Part shown: positions 51,414-59,848 of the stretch, in pieces
Layout of the letters: each line of letters starts with the position of its first letter
How positions within the stretch are numbered: position 1 is the first letter of the stretch
Source: an uncultured bacterium
GTDB lineage: Bacteria > Actinomycetota > Thermoleophilia > Solirubrobacterales > 70-9
DNA length: 64,000 bases
Direction: 5' to 3'
Assembly: GCA_963772035.1 (NCBI GenBank)
Contig: CAVYVT010000005.1
Span: 98,189-162,188 of the forward strand
Notes under the pieces: generated by a model
What the model was told of the DNA's origin: nothing
The model's input: only the letters and a program-made list of their open reading frames with translations
Databases searched by the model: none
Translations under genes and position numbers: made by a program

Positions 51414-51486
51414 GCGCCCGTAGCTCAGTGGATAGAGCGTCGGCTTCCGGAGCCGAAAGTCGCAGGTTCGAATCCTGCCGGGCGCG
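51414..51486 (+). tRNA. tRNA-Arg (anticodon CCG), no encoded CCA
   Basis: Manual cloverleaf: acceptor GCGCCCG/CGGGCGC, D-arm GCTC..GAGC, anticodon stem TCGGC/GCCGA with loop TTCCGGA. Variable loop AAGTC, T-arm GCAGG-TTCGAAT-CCTGC, discriminator G. Confidence 0.9.
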
Positions 51487-52338
51487 TTACGGGTTGTGCT
51501 GCACGTGCCACCACTCGGACGGGATCGTTCCCACCCATCCGTAAGTCGCGCCGATCTGGTCGATCACGTCGCGCATGACCGGCTCCGCCACGTCCACCGC
51601 GGTTCCAGACTCGTGCGAGCTGGTGCCGGGCGGATTCGCCGGCGCGCCCTGCCCCGAGAGGTAGAGGTCGTAGAGCTCCTGCTGCTGCTCCGTCGTGCGG
51701 TAGGCGGATGCTGGGCCCTCCGGATAGAGGTCGACGCCGAAGTTCGAAAGCGAGTCGTCCCGCATCGCGTTCCAGGACTCAGCCGCCCCGGGCTCGAGCG
51801 CCAGATCGCCCGAGGGAGACGGGATCGTGCCCATCCCGGCGGGAGTAGCCGACGGAGGCGGAATCGAAAGACCGGTGCCCTCGACCAGGATTCCGGCCGG
51901 ATCAAGGCCATTCACGGCCGCAAGGTCAGTGACGGCGACGCCGTTCGCCGCCGCAATTGACGACAGGGTCTCGCCCCAGACGACCGTGTGCGAACCGGCC
52001 GAAGCGGCCGGCGCTGCAGTCGTGGTGGCCGCAGGGTCGGTCGCGACGCCTGGGGTGATCCCCGCATTCGCAAGCGCAGCGGCCCCTTCCTCGACAGTTG
52101 GGACCTGGATCGTCTGGCCCTCCACCACCTGGGAGTCCTCGGAAAGCCCGTTGAAAGCGGCCACCGTGCGGGTGGTCAAGTTGTTTGCAGCCGAGATCGA
52201 CCACAACGTCTCGCCTGGCGCCACGACATGCGGAGCACTCGCCTCCGCGCTCGAGGCAGAGGCCAGCCCGGCGACCAGCGCCGCGCACGCGATCACCACC
52301 TGGCGCTTGCGCCCGTCCCATCTACGAATACGCGACAT
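51487..52338 (-). CDS. Secreted LysM-repeat peptidoglycan hydrolase (VanY/M15-type D,D-carboxypeptidase domain)
   Basis: Two LysM repeats (HVVAPGETLWSISAANNL; HTVVWGETLSSIAAANGV). C-terminal SSHESGTAVDV..GWVGTIPSEWWH zinc-peptidase motifs. ATG at 52338 has GGAGGA upstream. Confidence 0.75.
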   Translation of the reverse strand: MSRIRRWDGRKRQVVIACAALVAGLASASSAEASAPHVVAPGETLWSISAANNLTTRTVAAFNGLSEDSQVVEGQTIQVPTVEEGAAALANAGITPGVATDPAATTTAAPAASAGSHTVVWGETLSSIAAANGVAVTDLAAVNGLDPAGILVEGTGLSIPPPSATPAGMGTIPSPSGDLALEPGAAESWNAMRDDSLSNFGVDLYPEGPASAYRTTEQQQELYDLYLSGQGAPANPPGTSSHESGTAVDVAEPVMRDVIDQIGATYGWVGTIPSEWWHVQHNP

Positions 52339-52467
52339 CCCGTCCTCCTGGCCCCCTTCGTTTACGTGTAGGCGTCCCCTTACGGGGTTCATCTCCTCCC
52401 TCCTCGCCGGATTGACCGCCGTTACGGACCCTGCAACGCCCCACCCCGCCTGATCTACGATGGGCCG

Positions 52468-53724
52468 ATGGCCGAGAGAGACATCGACGTCACCCTTTTC
52501 GGCGCGACGAGCGTCACGGGCCGCCAGATCGCCAAGTACCTCGCATTACGGGCGCCAGGCGTAGACGCCACCTGGGCCGCCGCGGCGCGCAGCCCCGAGA
52601 AGCTCTCTTCGACGCTTGCCGACGTCGGCGTCGAGGGCGCCACCACGATCGCCGCGGACGTGACCGACCCCGATTCGCTCCAAGCCATGGCCGAGCGCAC
52701 CAAGGTCGTCCTCAACCTCGTCGGCCCCTACACGTCGTACGGTCGCCCCGTCATCGACGCCTGCATCGCCGGCGGCGCCCACTACGTCGACCTCTCGGGC
52801 GAGATGCCTTTCGTAGCCCGCACAACGCGCGACGTCCACGATGAGGCCGAGGCAGCGGGCGTCAAGATCGTCCAGGTCTGCGGCTTCGAGTCCCTCCCGC
52901 CCGACATGGGCGTCGCCCTGGCCGCCCACACCGCCCAGGAGCGCCACGGCGAGGACCTCAGCTCGGCAGAGGTCACGATCCGCACCCTCCAGCTGCCGCC
53001 CGGCGTCCCCCGACCTTCCGACATGATCTCCGGCGGCACCCTGCAGAGCCTCGCTCAAGCGATGGGCGAAGACGACGCCGAGCGCCTCCTCGACCCGGCG
53101 TGCATGGTCTTCGACGAGGCCCGGTGCGAGGAGATCCGGCGCATCAGCCCAATCAAGGTCGGTCCGCGCCGCTCAGATGACGGAGCCGTCATCGCGCCAA
53201 TGGTGCCCGCTGCATTCATCAACCCCGCCGTCATCCACCGCAGCGCCGCTCTTTCAGACCGTCCCGTCTTCATCTACCGGGAGGGCATGGCGATCGACGG
53301 AGGAGCTGCGACCCTCCCCTTCCGCTACGCCGCGGCGGGCGCCCTGTCCGGCATGCAGGTTGCATCCGCCGCAGCGGCCGGTGCCCGCCCTGCGATCCGA
53401 AAGCGCGCTTCGTCGGTCCTCACCCGCGTCCTTCCCGGTTCCGGCTTCGGCCCGGCGGCGGACCGGATCGAGCAGTGGCGCTGGCGAATGGACGTGAACG
53501 GGGCAACGCAGAACGGCAAGACCGTGCACGTCCGGATCGACGCGGACGGCCATCCCGGTTACCTCGCCACCTCGCGAATGATGGGCGAGGCCGGCCTGGT
53601 CCTCGCCGACGAGTCGCTCGCCACGGACCGCGCGGGCTGCCTGACGCCTTCGGTCGCGCTGGGCGTGGCCTCGGCCGAGCGCTTTGACGCCGCCGGGCTG
53701 CGCTTTCGCGTCACTGACGGCTAA
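52468..53724 (+). CDS. Saccharopine-dehydrogenase-like NAD(P)-binding oxidoreductase
   Basis: 418 aa with Rossmann N-terminus VTLFGATSVTGRQIAKYL and the motif GPYTSYGRPVIDACIAGGAHYVDLSGE. Confidence 0.7.
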   Translation: MAERDIDVTLFGATSVTGRQIAKYLALRAPGVDATWAAAARSPEKLSSTLADVGVEGATTIAADVTDPDSLQAMAERTKVVLNLVGPYTSYGRPVIDACIAGGAHYVDLSGEMPFVARTTRDVHDEAEAAGVKIVQVCGFESLPPDMGVALAAHTAQERHGEDLSSAEVTIRTLQLPPGVPRPSDMISGGTLQSLAQAMGEDDAERLLDPACMVFDEARCEEIRRISPIKVGPRRSDDGAVIAPMVPAAFINPAVIHRSAALSDRPVFIYREGMAIDGGAATLPFRYAAAGALSGMQVASAAAAGARPAIRKRASSVLTRVLPGSGFGPAADRIEQWRWRMDVNGATQNGKTVHVRIDADGHPGYLATSRMMGEAGLVLADESLATDRAGCLTPSVALGVASAERFDAAGLRFRVTDG

Positions 53725-53754
53725 ATCCGCGCCGGGTCGGGTAACGCGCCCTCA

Positions 53755-54186
53755 ATGGAGGAGTTCGTCGTAGACCTGACCAACGGCAACGTTGCCGAGG
53801 TCAAGGTGATCCTGGCGTCGGTGATCGCGGCGCTCGCCGTCTATCAACTGGTTCTGGCCGCGGTCGGCTACGGGAAGACCCGAGTCCCGTTCCTGGAGAA
53901 CGCGGCAGCCCTCCGGGGCCACCGGGCAATCGGCGACACCATCTTCACCCTGGCGATCATCACCGGCGTCATGTGCCTCTCCGTCTACGGATTAGAGGAC
54001 GACGGCGGCGTACACGCGATCGCCGGCGCGGTCGTCCTGGGAGTTCTGGTCATAAAGACCTGCGTCGTCAGGTCTGACAGCCTCAAGATCGGCCGGCTCC
54101 TACCGCCCCTGGGCATCGCGGTCTTCATCCTCTTCATGATCACCTGGGCCACGTCCGCCGGCGACTTCCTGATCGAGGGGCCATGA
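53755..54186 (+). CDS. Four-TM membrane protein of unknown function
   Basis: 143 aa with four hydrophobic segments. ATGA overlap with the next ORF. Confidence 0.5.
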   Translation: MEEFVVDLTNGNVAEVKVILASVIAALAVYQLVLAAVGYGKTRVPFLENAAALRGHRAIGDTIFTLAIITGVMCLSVYGLEDDGGVHAIAGAVVLGVLVIKTCVVRSDSLKIGRLLPPLGIAVFILFMITWATSAGDFLIEGP

Positions 54187-54428
54187 GCAAAGAGATCCCA
54201 GAAGAAGAGCGCATGAACGACGAGCGGACGCACTGGCCGCAGATCCTCGGCTCCATCGCGGTGGCGCTCGCGATCGTCACGGTCACGATCCTGATCACGA
54301 CAGCCCAATTCGGCACCACTTCCAGCGCGGAGCTCGAAGGGCGTGAAGATCGCCTGAAGCAGCAGGAGGAGCTCGCGGAGGAACGCCAAGAAGCGGCGGA
54401 GGAGCGACGGGAAGAAGCCGCGGAATAG
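54183..54428 (+). CDS. Small single-TM protein with charged coiled-coil tail
   Basis: 81 aa with TM segment ILGSIAVALAIVTVTILITT, then an EEL/ERR-rich tail. The start overlaps the upstream stop (ATGA). Confidence 0.5.
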   Translation: MSKEIPEEERMNDERTHWPQILGSIAVALAIVTVTILITTAQFGTTSSAELEGREDRLKQQEELAEERQEAAEERREEAAE

Positions 54429-54438
54429 GCTCCTCGCC

Positions 54439-55365
54439 GTGAAGTGGAAGCCTCGCAAGAAGTCGAGCGGCGACGTCATCGACATCCGCGGCGCCGAGGG
54501 GTCAAGCGGTAAGTCAGGCGGCCTCGGAGGCATCTCGCTTCCAGGCGGAGCCGTAGGCGGCATCGGTGGAACCGCCGGAGTCATCATCGCCCTCGTAATC
54601 GTCGGCATTCAGGTCTTCGGCGGCGGATCGGTCGCCGGCTTCGACGTTGGCCAGATCCTCGGCCCCGGCGCCACTCCACCGGGCGCGGAGAACCCGGACC
54701 CCATCCCGCCCGACCAGGACCCGCAGCGCGAGTTCTTCGAGTTCTCGGAGTATGTCTTCGACGACACGCAAAAGACGTGGGAGAGCTCATTCGAGAACGG
54801 CGACCAGTCTTACGAGGACGCGAAGCTCGTCGTCTACGACGCCGCCGTCTCGACCGGCGGCTGCGGCAACGCCACCTCGGCGGTCGGCCCCTTCTACTGC
54901 CCCGCCGACTCGCGCGTGTATCTCGATCTCACCTTTTACGAGGACATGGAGCGCCAGCTGGGCGGCGGCGGCGACTTCGCGTGGGCATACGTGATCGCCC
55001 ACGAGATGGGCCACCATGTCCAGAACGTGCTCGGCACGAACGACCGCGTCTCCAACCTCTCGCAGGACGATCCCGACACCGCAAACGAGCTCTCCGTGCG
55101 AACCGAGCTCCAAGCCGACTGCTACGCAGGCGTCTGGGCCTCGACCGTGTTCGCCGAAGGAGATCTCGAGTCAGGCGACCTGGACGAAGCGTTCGACACC
55201 GCGGAGGCGATCGGCGACGACCGGCTTCAGGAGCAGGCCGGCCAGTCGGTAAACCCCGACTCGTTCACCCACGGCTCATCCGAGCAGCGGCGCGAGTGGT
55301 TCGAGCGCGGCTACTCCTCAGGAGACCCGTCGGACTGCGACACGTTCTCGCCCGAATCCATCTGA
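54439..55365 (+). CDS. ypfJ: YpfJ-family neutral zinc metallopeptidase
   Basis: N-terminus MKWKPRKKSSGDVIDIRG, one TM segment, and the HExxH motif in IAHEMGHHVQN. GTG start at 54439. Confidence 0.75.
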   Translation: MKWKPRKKSSGDVIDIRGAEGSSGKSGGLGGISLPGGAVGGIGGTAGVIIALVIVGIQVFGGGSVAGFDVGQILGPGATPPGAENPDPIPPDQDPQREFFEFSEYVFDDTQKTWESSFENGDQSYEDAKLVVYDAAVSTGGCGNATSAVGPFYCPADSRVYLDLTFYEDMERQLGGGGDFAWAYVIAHEMGHHVQNVLGTNDRVSNLSQDDPDTANELSVRTELQADCYAGVWASTVFAEGDLESGDLDEAFDTAEAIGDDRLQEQAGQSVNPDSFTHGSSEQRREWFERGYSSGDPSDCDTFSPESI

Positions 55366-55787
55366 GCGGCTTCGTCGGCGACGGCCGCCTGAACGGTTGC
55401 TTCCTCCGCGATGGCGTCTTCGACTTCCGCGTCGCCATTCGAGGCGCGACGGCGGGTGAGGCGGCGCATCGGATGAAGCGCGAGGCTCAGGTCCTCGAGC
55501 CGTGGCTCCAATGCCTCGATCCGGGCGGCGACGACGTCCATGTGCGGGACCAGCGGCTCGACGGCTGCGCGCATACCGTCGACCTCTTCCCCGAGGCTGT
55601 CAACGCCCACCCGCATCCGGTGAACCTCATCGGTCATCGATTTCACGCCATCCCGGATCTCCTCAAGCGTTTCGGCAACCTGCGGAAGGATCGCTACGGA
55701 ATCGCGCACCACCCTCAGGTTTTCGGTAATCGAGCGGAGGCCGTCGGTTATCGGCGCGAGGTCGATGGGAAGGCGCAGGTTCGCCAT
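55311..55787 (-). CDS. Hypothetical alpha-helical protein with about eight 11-residue repeats and an acidic tail
   Basis: 158 aa. It starts 2 nt after the MerR stop. Repeats: LRSITENLRVV / RDSVAILPQVA / ETLEEIRDGVK / SMTDEVHRMRV / GVDSLGEEVDG and so on. Its 3' end overlaps convergent ypfJ by 55 nt. Confidence 0.5.
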   Translation of the reverse strand: MANLRLPIDLAPITDGLRSITENLRVVRDSVAILPQVAETLEEIRDGVKSMTDEVHRMRVGVDSLGEEVDGMRAAVEPLVPHMDVVAARIEALEPRLEDLSLALHPMRRLTRRRASNGDAEVEDAIAEEATVQAAVADEAAQMDSGENVSQSDGSPEE

Positions 55788-55789
55788 GG

Positions 55790-56641
55790 CTAGCGCTTCC
55801 TCCGCTTGCGTCCAGGCTCTGAGCCCATCCGCTTGAGTTCGCGGCCGAATTCGTCTTCGACGGTCTTGGTCATGGTCATCTGGAACATCGCTTCAAGTGC
55901 TTGTGATGCAACGGGACGCATCCGCTCGATCGAGTCGACCACGTCCGGCCATTCCTCCTCCGGCCTTCCCTTCTCTTCAAAGGGCTGCCAGACGTGGGCG
56001 ACGAACAATTGCGCAAATGCCTCGGCTACATACCCACTCGATCTCTTCATAACGTCGACCACGTCAAGAAGCGCCTCGGCGGGCACCCCGCGGTCGATCA
56101 TCTCGGCGGCGATCTCGAGCAGTCGCGGGCTCGCAACCTCGAACGATGCCGGCCCGACGGGCGAAACCAGATCGAGCTTGATCGCGCGCCGCAACAGCAA
56201 CGGCGTGGCATCGTCGCCGAATCGCGCGCGAAGCTCCGAGAGCGTGAAGATCTGCGGCTGCTCGGACTCGAACGGCTCGGTCACGGCACGCCGGAAGCTC
56301 ATGATCGACTCCGACGCCTCGCCGCTTGCGCCCTCCAGCAGGCGCTCGATCCCCTTCAGGTTGAAGCCGTCGGCCTGGAGCTGTGCGATCAGCTGCAGCC
56401 GCGTCACATGCCCGGGCCCGTAGTAGCCGACGCGCTGGCGCACCTCGGGAGGCGGCAAGAGCCCCCGTGCCTGGTGAGCGCGGATATTCCTGACGCTCAT
56501 GCCGCTCTCGGCCGCCAACTGCTCGACGGTGAGCGTGTTCTCGAGTGCCTCGTCCTTGGGCATGGGCTCGACGACCCGGAGGTTCTGATGAGCAGCTTTA
56601 GCTGCGAAAGAAGCAGGTGTCGGTGGGTTTTCCCGCTCCAT
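55790..56641 (-). CDS. MerR-family transcriptional regulator with long C-terminal domain
   Basis: HTH LTVEQLAAESGMSVRNIRAHQARGLL..YYGPGHVTRLQLIAQLQADGFNL. The start is uncertain (ATG at 56641 or 56563). Confidence 0.75.
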   Translation of the reverse strand: MERENPPTPASFAAKAAHQNLRVVEPMPKDEALENTLTVEQLAAESGMSVRNIRAHQARGLLPPPEVRQRVGYYGPGHVTRLQLIAQLQADGFNLKGIERLLEGASGEASESIMSFRRAVTEPFESEQPQIFTLSELRARFGDDATPLLLRRAIKLDLVSPVGPASFEVASPRLLEIAAEMIDRGVPAEALLDVVDVMKRSSGYVAEAFAQLFVAHVWQPFEEKGRPEEEWPDVVDSIERMRPVASQALEAMFQMTMTKTVEDEFGRELKRMGSEPGRKRRKR

Positions 56642-56775
56642 GCGTCGACGGTACCACTTCCTGATGAAACATCCGTCAACGTGACATGGTTTGATGTAAC
56701 AATGTCAGGGCACTGGGTTTACGTGCCCAGCACCGTGATTCCAAGAGACCACGCCTAGGAAGGAATTCCCGCCAG

Positions 56776-58674
56776 ATGAAGCGAAAGCTCACCGCCTCCC
56801 TGATCCTCGCCGGAGCGATGCCGCTCGCCGCTCCCGCGCTCGCGCTCGCTCAGGCCACCGAGGAAGCGCCGCCAGCCGGCGGAGCCGCCATCGGCCAGGT
56901 GATCCTCGCCACCGCCGGAGCCATGGTGCTCACGGCCGCCCTCCTTTACTTCGGCCTCGGCCACCGCTCGGGCAAGGTCCCTTACCTCGGCCGCCTCGCC
57001 AACTTCTCCGAGCGCATGAGCGGGCTGCCCGGCTGGGCCGCGCTCCCCTCGGCCATCGCCGCGGGCGCCCTCCTCCTGGCCTTCCTCGGCTTCCTCTGGG
57101 ACGTCTCGATCCACATCGACACCGGCCGCGACGAAGGCCCGCTCGCCAACCCGTCTCACTACCTCATCCTCGGCGGCCTCTTCGGGATCTTCACCGCCGG
57201 CTTCGTCGCCTGCGTCCTGCCGCTCGAGAAGCCCTCGAAGAGCGCGGTGCGCATCGTGGGCAACTGGTACGCGCCGCTTGGCGGCGTCGTCATGGCGACC
57301 TGCGGCATGTTCGCGCTGATCGGCTTCCCCCTCGACGACGTCTGGCACCGCATCTTCGGCCAGGACGTCACCCTTTGGGGCCCGACGCACCTGATGCTGA
57401 TCGGCGGCGCCGCAATGACCCTCATCGGCATCGCGATCCTGATGGTCGAGGCCGGGCGCACACAGACCGAGCGCGGCCGCCACGACTACTCCTGGATCAT
57501 GTGGATCCGCCGCGTCGCTCTTTCCGGCGGCCTCCTCATCGGCCTCATGGTCTTCCCGGTCGAGTTCGACTTCGGAGTCCCGCAGTTCCGGATGATCTTC
57601 GGCCCGATGCTCATCATGCTCGCGGCCGGTGTTGCGCTTACCGCCGCACGCATGTGGCTCGGGCGCGGCGCTGCAATCGGAGCCGTCGCCTTCTTCCTCC
57701 TGGTCCGCGGCATCGTCGCGGTGATCGTCGGCCCTGTCCTTGGTGAGACGACACCGCACTTCGCTCTCTTCATCGTCGAAGGTCTCGTCGTGGAGGCGGT
57801 ATTCCTCGCTCTCCCCCGCGCCCGGCCGCTCACGCTGGGCCTCGTCACGGGCGTCGGCATCGGCACGATCGGCCTCGCGTCCGAGTGGGCGTGGTCGAAC
57901 ATCTGGATGCCCATCCCCTGGACCTCCGATCTCCTCCCCGAGGGCGCCATCGTCGGCTTCCTCGCTGCGGTGGGCGGATCGCTCCTGGGCGTCTGGGTCG
58001 GCGCGCATCTCGCGTCGGACTCGATGCCGCGTCTGCGCTCCACCCGAAACGGCGCACTGGTTGGCGCTGCCATCGTGGGCATCCTCGTCAGCTTCGCTGC
58101 CTTCAAGCCCGCCGCCGAGGGCGTGAGCGCCCGCGTCACGCTGGCCGACGCCGGCCCGGGCGAGGTCATCCCCACCGTGAGAATGACGCCGACCGACGCC
58201 GCGGACGGCGCCGAGTTCATAAACGTCACCTCCTGGCAGGGCGGCGGCCTCGTCATCGAGGAGCTCGAGTCCACCGGGGAGGCCGGCGTCTTCACCACCG
58301 CCGAGCCCGTCCCCGTGGGCGGCTCCTGGAAGACGATGGTGCGCTACTCCGGCGGGAACACGCTCAACTCGATGCCGATCTACCTTCCCGAGGACCCGGC
58401 CATCCCGGTCGAGGGCGTACCCGCGTCAGCGAGCTTCGAGCGGTCCTTCCAGGCCGACCACGAGGTTCTCCAGCGCGAGCAGAAGGACGTGGCGGGGTGG
58501 CTCACCGTCGTGGCCTATCTCGTCGTCGCTGCGATCGCCCTGGCGCTCCTCGTGATGATCGCCTGGGCGCTTCACCGACTCGCGATCGTCATCGAAGATC
58601 CGGTCGAGCAAGAACAGGAGTCGCCGGCGACCCGCTCGGAGCGCACGAAGATCGGGCCTGAGGTGACCGCGTGA
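56776..58674 (+). CDS. Large polytopic membrane protein, unknown function (His/Asp-rich loop motifs plus extracytoplasmic domain)
   Basis: 632 aa with a signal-like N-terminus and about 12-13 TM segments. Motifs WDVSIHIDTGRDEGP and DDVWHRIFGQDVTLWGPTHL. A soluble domain of about 150 aa precedes the last TM. Confidence 0.65.
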   Translation: MKRKLTASLILAGAMPLAAPALALAQATEEAPPAGGAAIGQVILATAGAMVLTAALLYFGLGHRSGKVPYLGRLANFSERMSGLPGWAALPSAIAAGALLLAFLGFLWDVSIHIDTGRDEGPLANPSHYLILGGLFGIFTAGFVACVLPLEKPSKSAVRIVGNWYAPLGGVVMATCGMFALIGFPLDDVWHRIFGQDVTLWGPTHLMLIGGAAMTLIGIAILMVEAGRTQTERGRHDYSWIMWIRRVALSGGLLIGLMVFPVEFDFGVPQFRMIFGPMLIMLAAGVALTAARMWLGRGAAIGAVAFFLLVRGIVAVIVGPVLGETTPHFALFIVEGLVVEAVFLALPRARPLTLGLVTGVGIGTIGLASEWAWSNIWMPIPWTSDLLPEGAIVGFLAAVGGSLLGVWVGAHLASDSMPRLRSTRNGALVGAAIVGILVSFAAFKPAAEGVSARVTLADAGPGEVIPTVRMTPTDAADGAEFINVTSWQGGGLVIEELESTGEAGVFTTAEPVPVGGSWKTMVRYSGGNTLNSMPIYLPEDPAIPVEGVPASASFERSFQADHEVLQREQKDVAGWLTVVAYLVVAAIALALLVMIAWALHRLAIVIEDPVEQEQESPATRSERTKIGPEVTA

Positions 58675-58811
58675 CCGGCGCGATCACAGTCCTGGCCGAC
58701 CACGGCGAGCTCGTCTCCGCGCTGCCGTTCGTCATGCCGGCATTCCTCGTGGTCGGGGTCCTCCTCGTCATGAGGGTCGTCGAGCGCAAGCGCAATACTC
58801 AGCCTGAATGA
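58671..58811 (+). CDS. Small single-TM peptide (46 aa), translationally coupled on both sides
   Basis: GTG overlaps the upstream TGA (GTGA) and its TGA overlaps the next ATG (ATGA). Product: MTGAITVLADHGELVSALPFVMPAFLVVGVLLVMRVVERKRNTQPE. It is below the ORF-track size cutoff. Confidence 0.4.
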   Translation: MTGAITVLADHGELVSALPFVMPAFLVVGVLLVMRVVERKRNTQPE

Positions 58812-59848
58812 GGAAGCCGACCCGAAACGAAGCGCTGGTCGCGGCGGGTCTCGCAGGCGCCGCTGCGCTGAATGCGCGCCGGAACGTGCAGCGCGCCGAC
58901 GAGGCGAGCAAGCTACGCCGCGCCGAGAACGAGTCCGGGCGGGCGGTCAGCGTCCGAGGGGCCGACGGCGGCTACCGCCACGTGCGCGTCCACGGCGCCG
59001 ACGACCTCCCCACCATCGTCTTCGCTCACGGGTGGGTCGAGACGTCCGAGCTCTGGCACCGCCAGATCGAAGGACTCGCCGACGAGTTCCGCATCGTTAC
59101 CTATGACCACCGCGGCCACGGTCTCTCCGAGGACGCCCGTGACGGCGACTACTCCCTCGAAGCTCTCGCCGCCGACCTGCAGGTCGTGCTCGAGGCCACC
59201 GCGGGCGAGGGCGACCTGCCGATCCTCGCCGGCCATTCCATGGGCGCCATGACCATCGCCGCCTGGGGCCAAGCCCACCGCGGCACGGTCTCGGAGCGCA
59301 TCCGCGGCGCCGCCTTCATCTCGACGGGGCTCGAAGACCTCAATACCGAGTCGGCGGTCGTCCGCCAACTTCCTGGCGCCTTCGGAACCGCACAGGGAAA
59401 GCTCGCCGACGCGATCCTCGCCTCGCCGGGGTCGATCCGCTCCGTCCCGCTCCCAATCGCCCGCGCTGTCGTCGCCTACGTCGCCCTTGCGCCCCATGCC
59501 CGCGACGAGGACATCGAGCTGGTGCTCCGCATGGTTCTCGATTGCCGCCAGCGCGCACGGACCGGATGCTCGTTCGCAATGTCGCGAATGCACCTCTTGG
59601 CCGAACTCGATGCCCTGGACGTTCCCGCTGTCGGAGTCGCCGGCGAACTCGATCGCCTGACGCCTGTCGCCCACGCCGAGAGGATCGACCAGGGCCTCCC
59701 CCACTCCGTCGGTCTCTACGTCTCACCCACCTCCGGCCACAGCACGCCGCTCGAGGACCCGGAGCTCGTCAACGAAGCGCTCCGCGACCTGGCCGCAGCA
59801 AGCGGCTCGGGCAAGCACGCCGCGCGCGAGCGCGAGCTCGCCGCCTAG
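58808..59848 (+). CDS. Alpha/beta hydrolase
   Basis: 346 aa with motifs FAHGW and nucleophile elbow GHSMGA, and a C-terminal His in SGHSTPLE. Confidence 0.75.
   Translation: MRKPTRNEALVAAGLAGAAALNARRNVQRADEASKLRRAENESGRAVSVRGADGGYRHVRVHGADDLPTIVFAHGWVETSELWHRQIEGLADEFRIVTYDHRGHGLSEDARDGDYSLEALAADLQVVLEATAGEGDLPILAGHSMGAMTIAAWGQAHRGTVSERIRGAAFISTGLEDLNTESAVVRQLPGAFGTAQGKLADAILASPGSIRSVPLPIARAVVAYVALAPHARDEDIELVLRMVLDCRQRARTGCSFAMSRMHLLAELDALDVPAVGVAGELDRLTPVAHAERIDQGLPHSVGLYVSPTSGHSTPLEDPELVNEALRDLAAASGSGKHAARERELAA

Noticed and set aside
52339-52467. Possible ydaO/c-di-AMP riboswitch upstream of the LysM cell-wall hydrolase
   Set aside because: The gap is only about 129 nt, is shared with a divergent promoter, and I could not align the conserved ydaO pseudo-symmetric core. 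Only a small CCCC-GUAA-GGGG hairpin is present.
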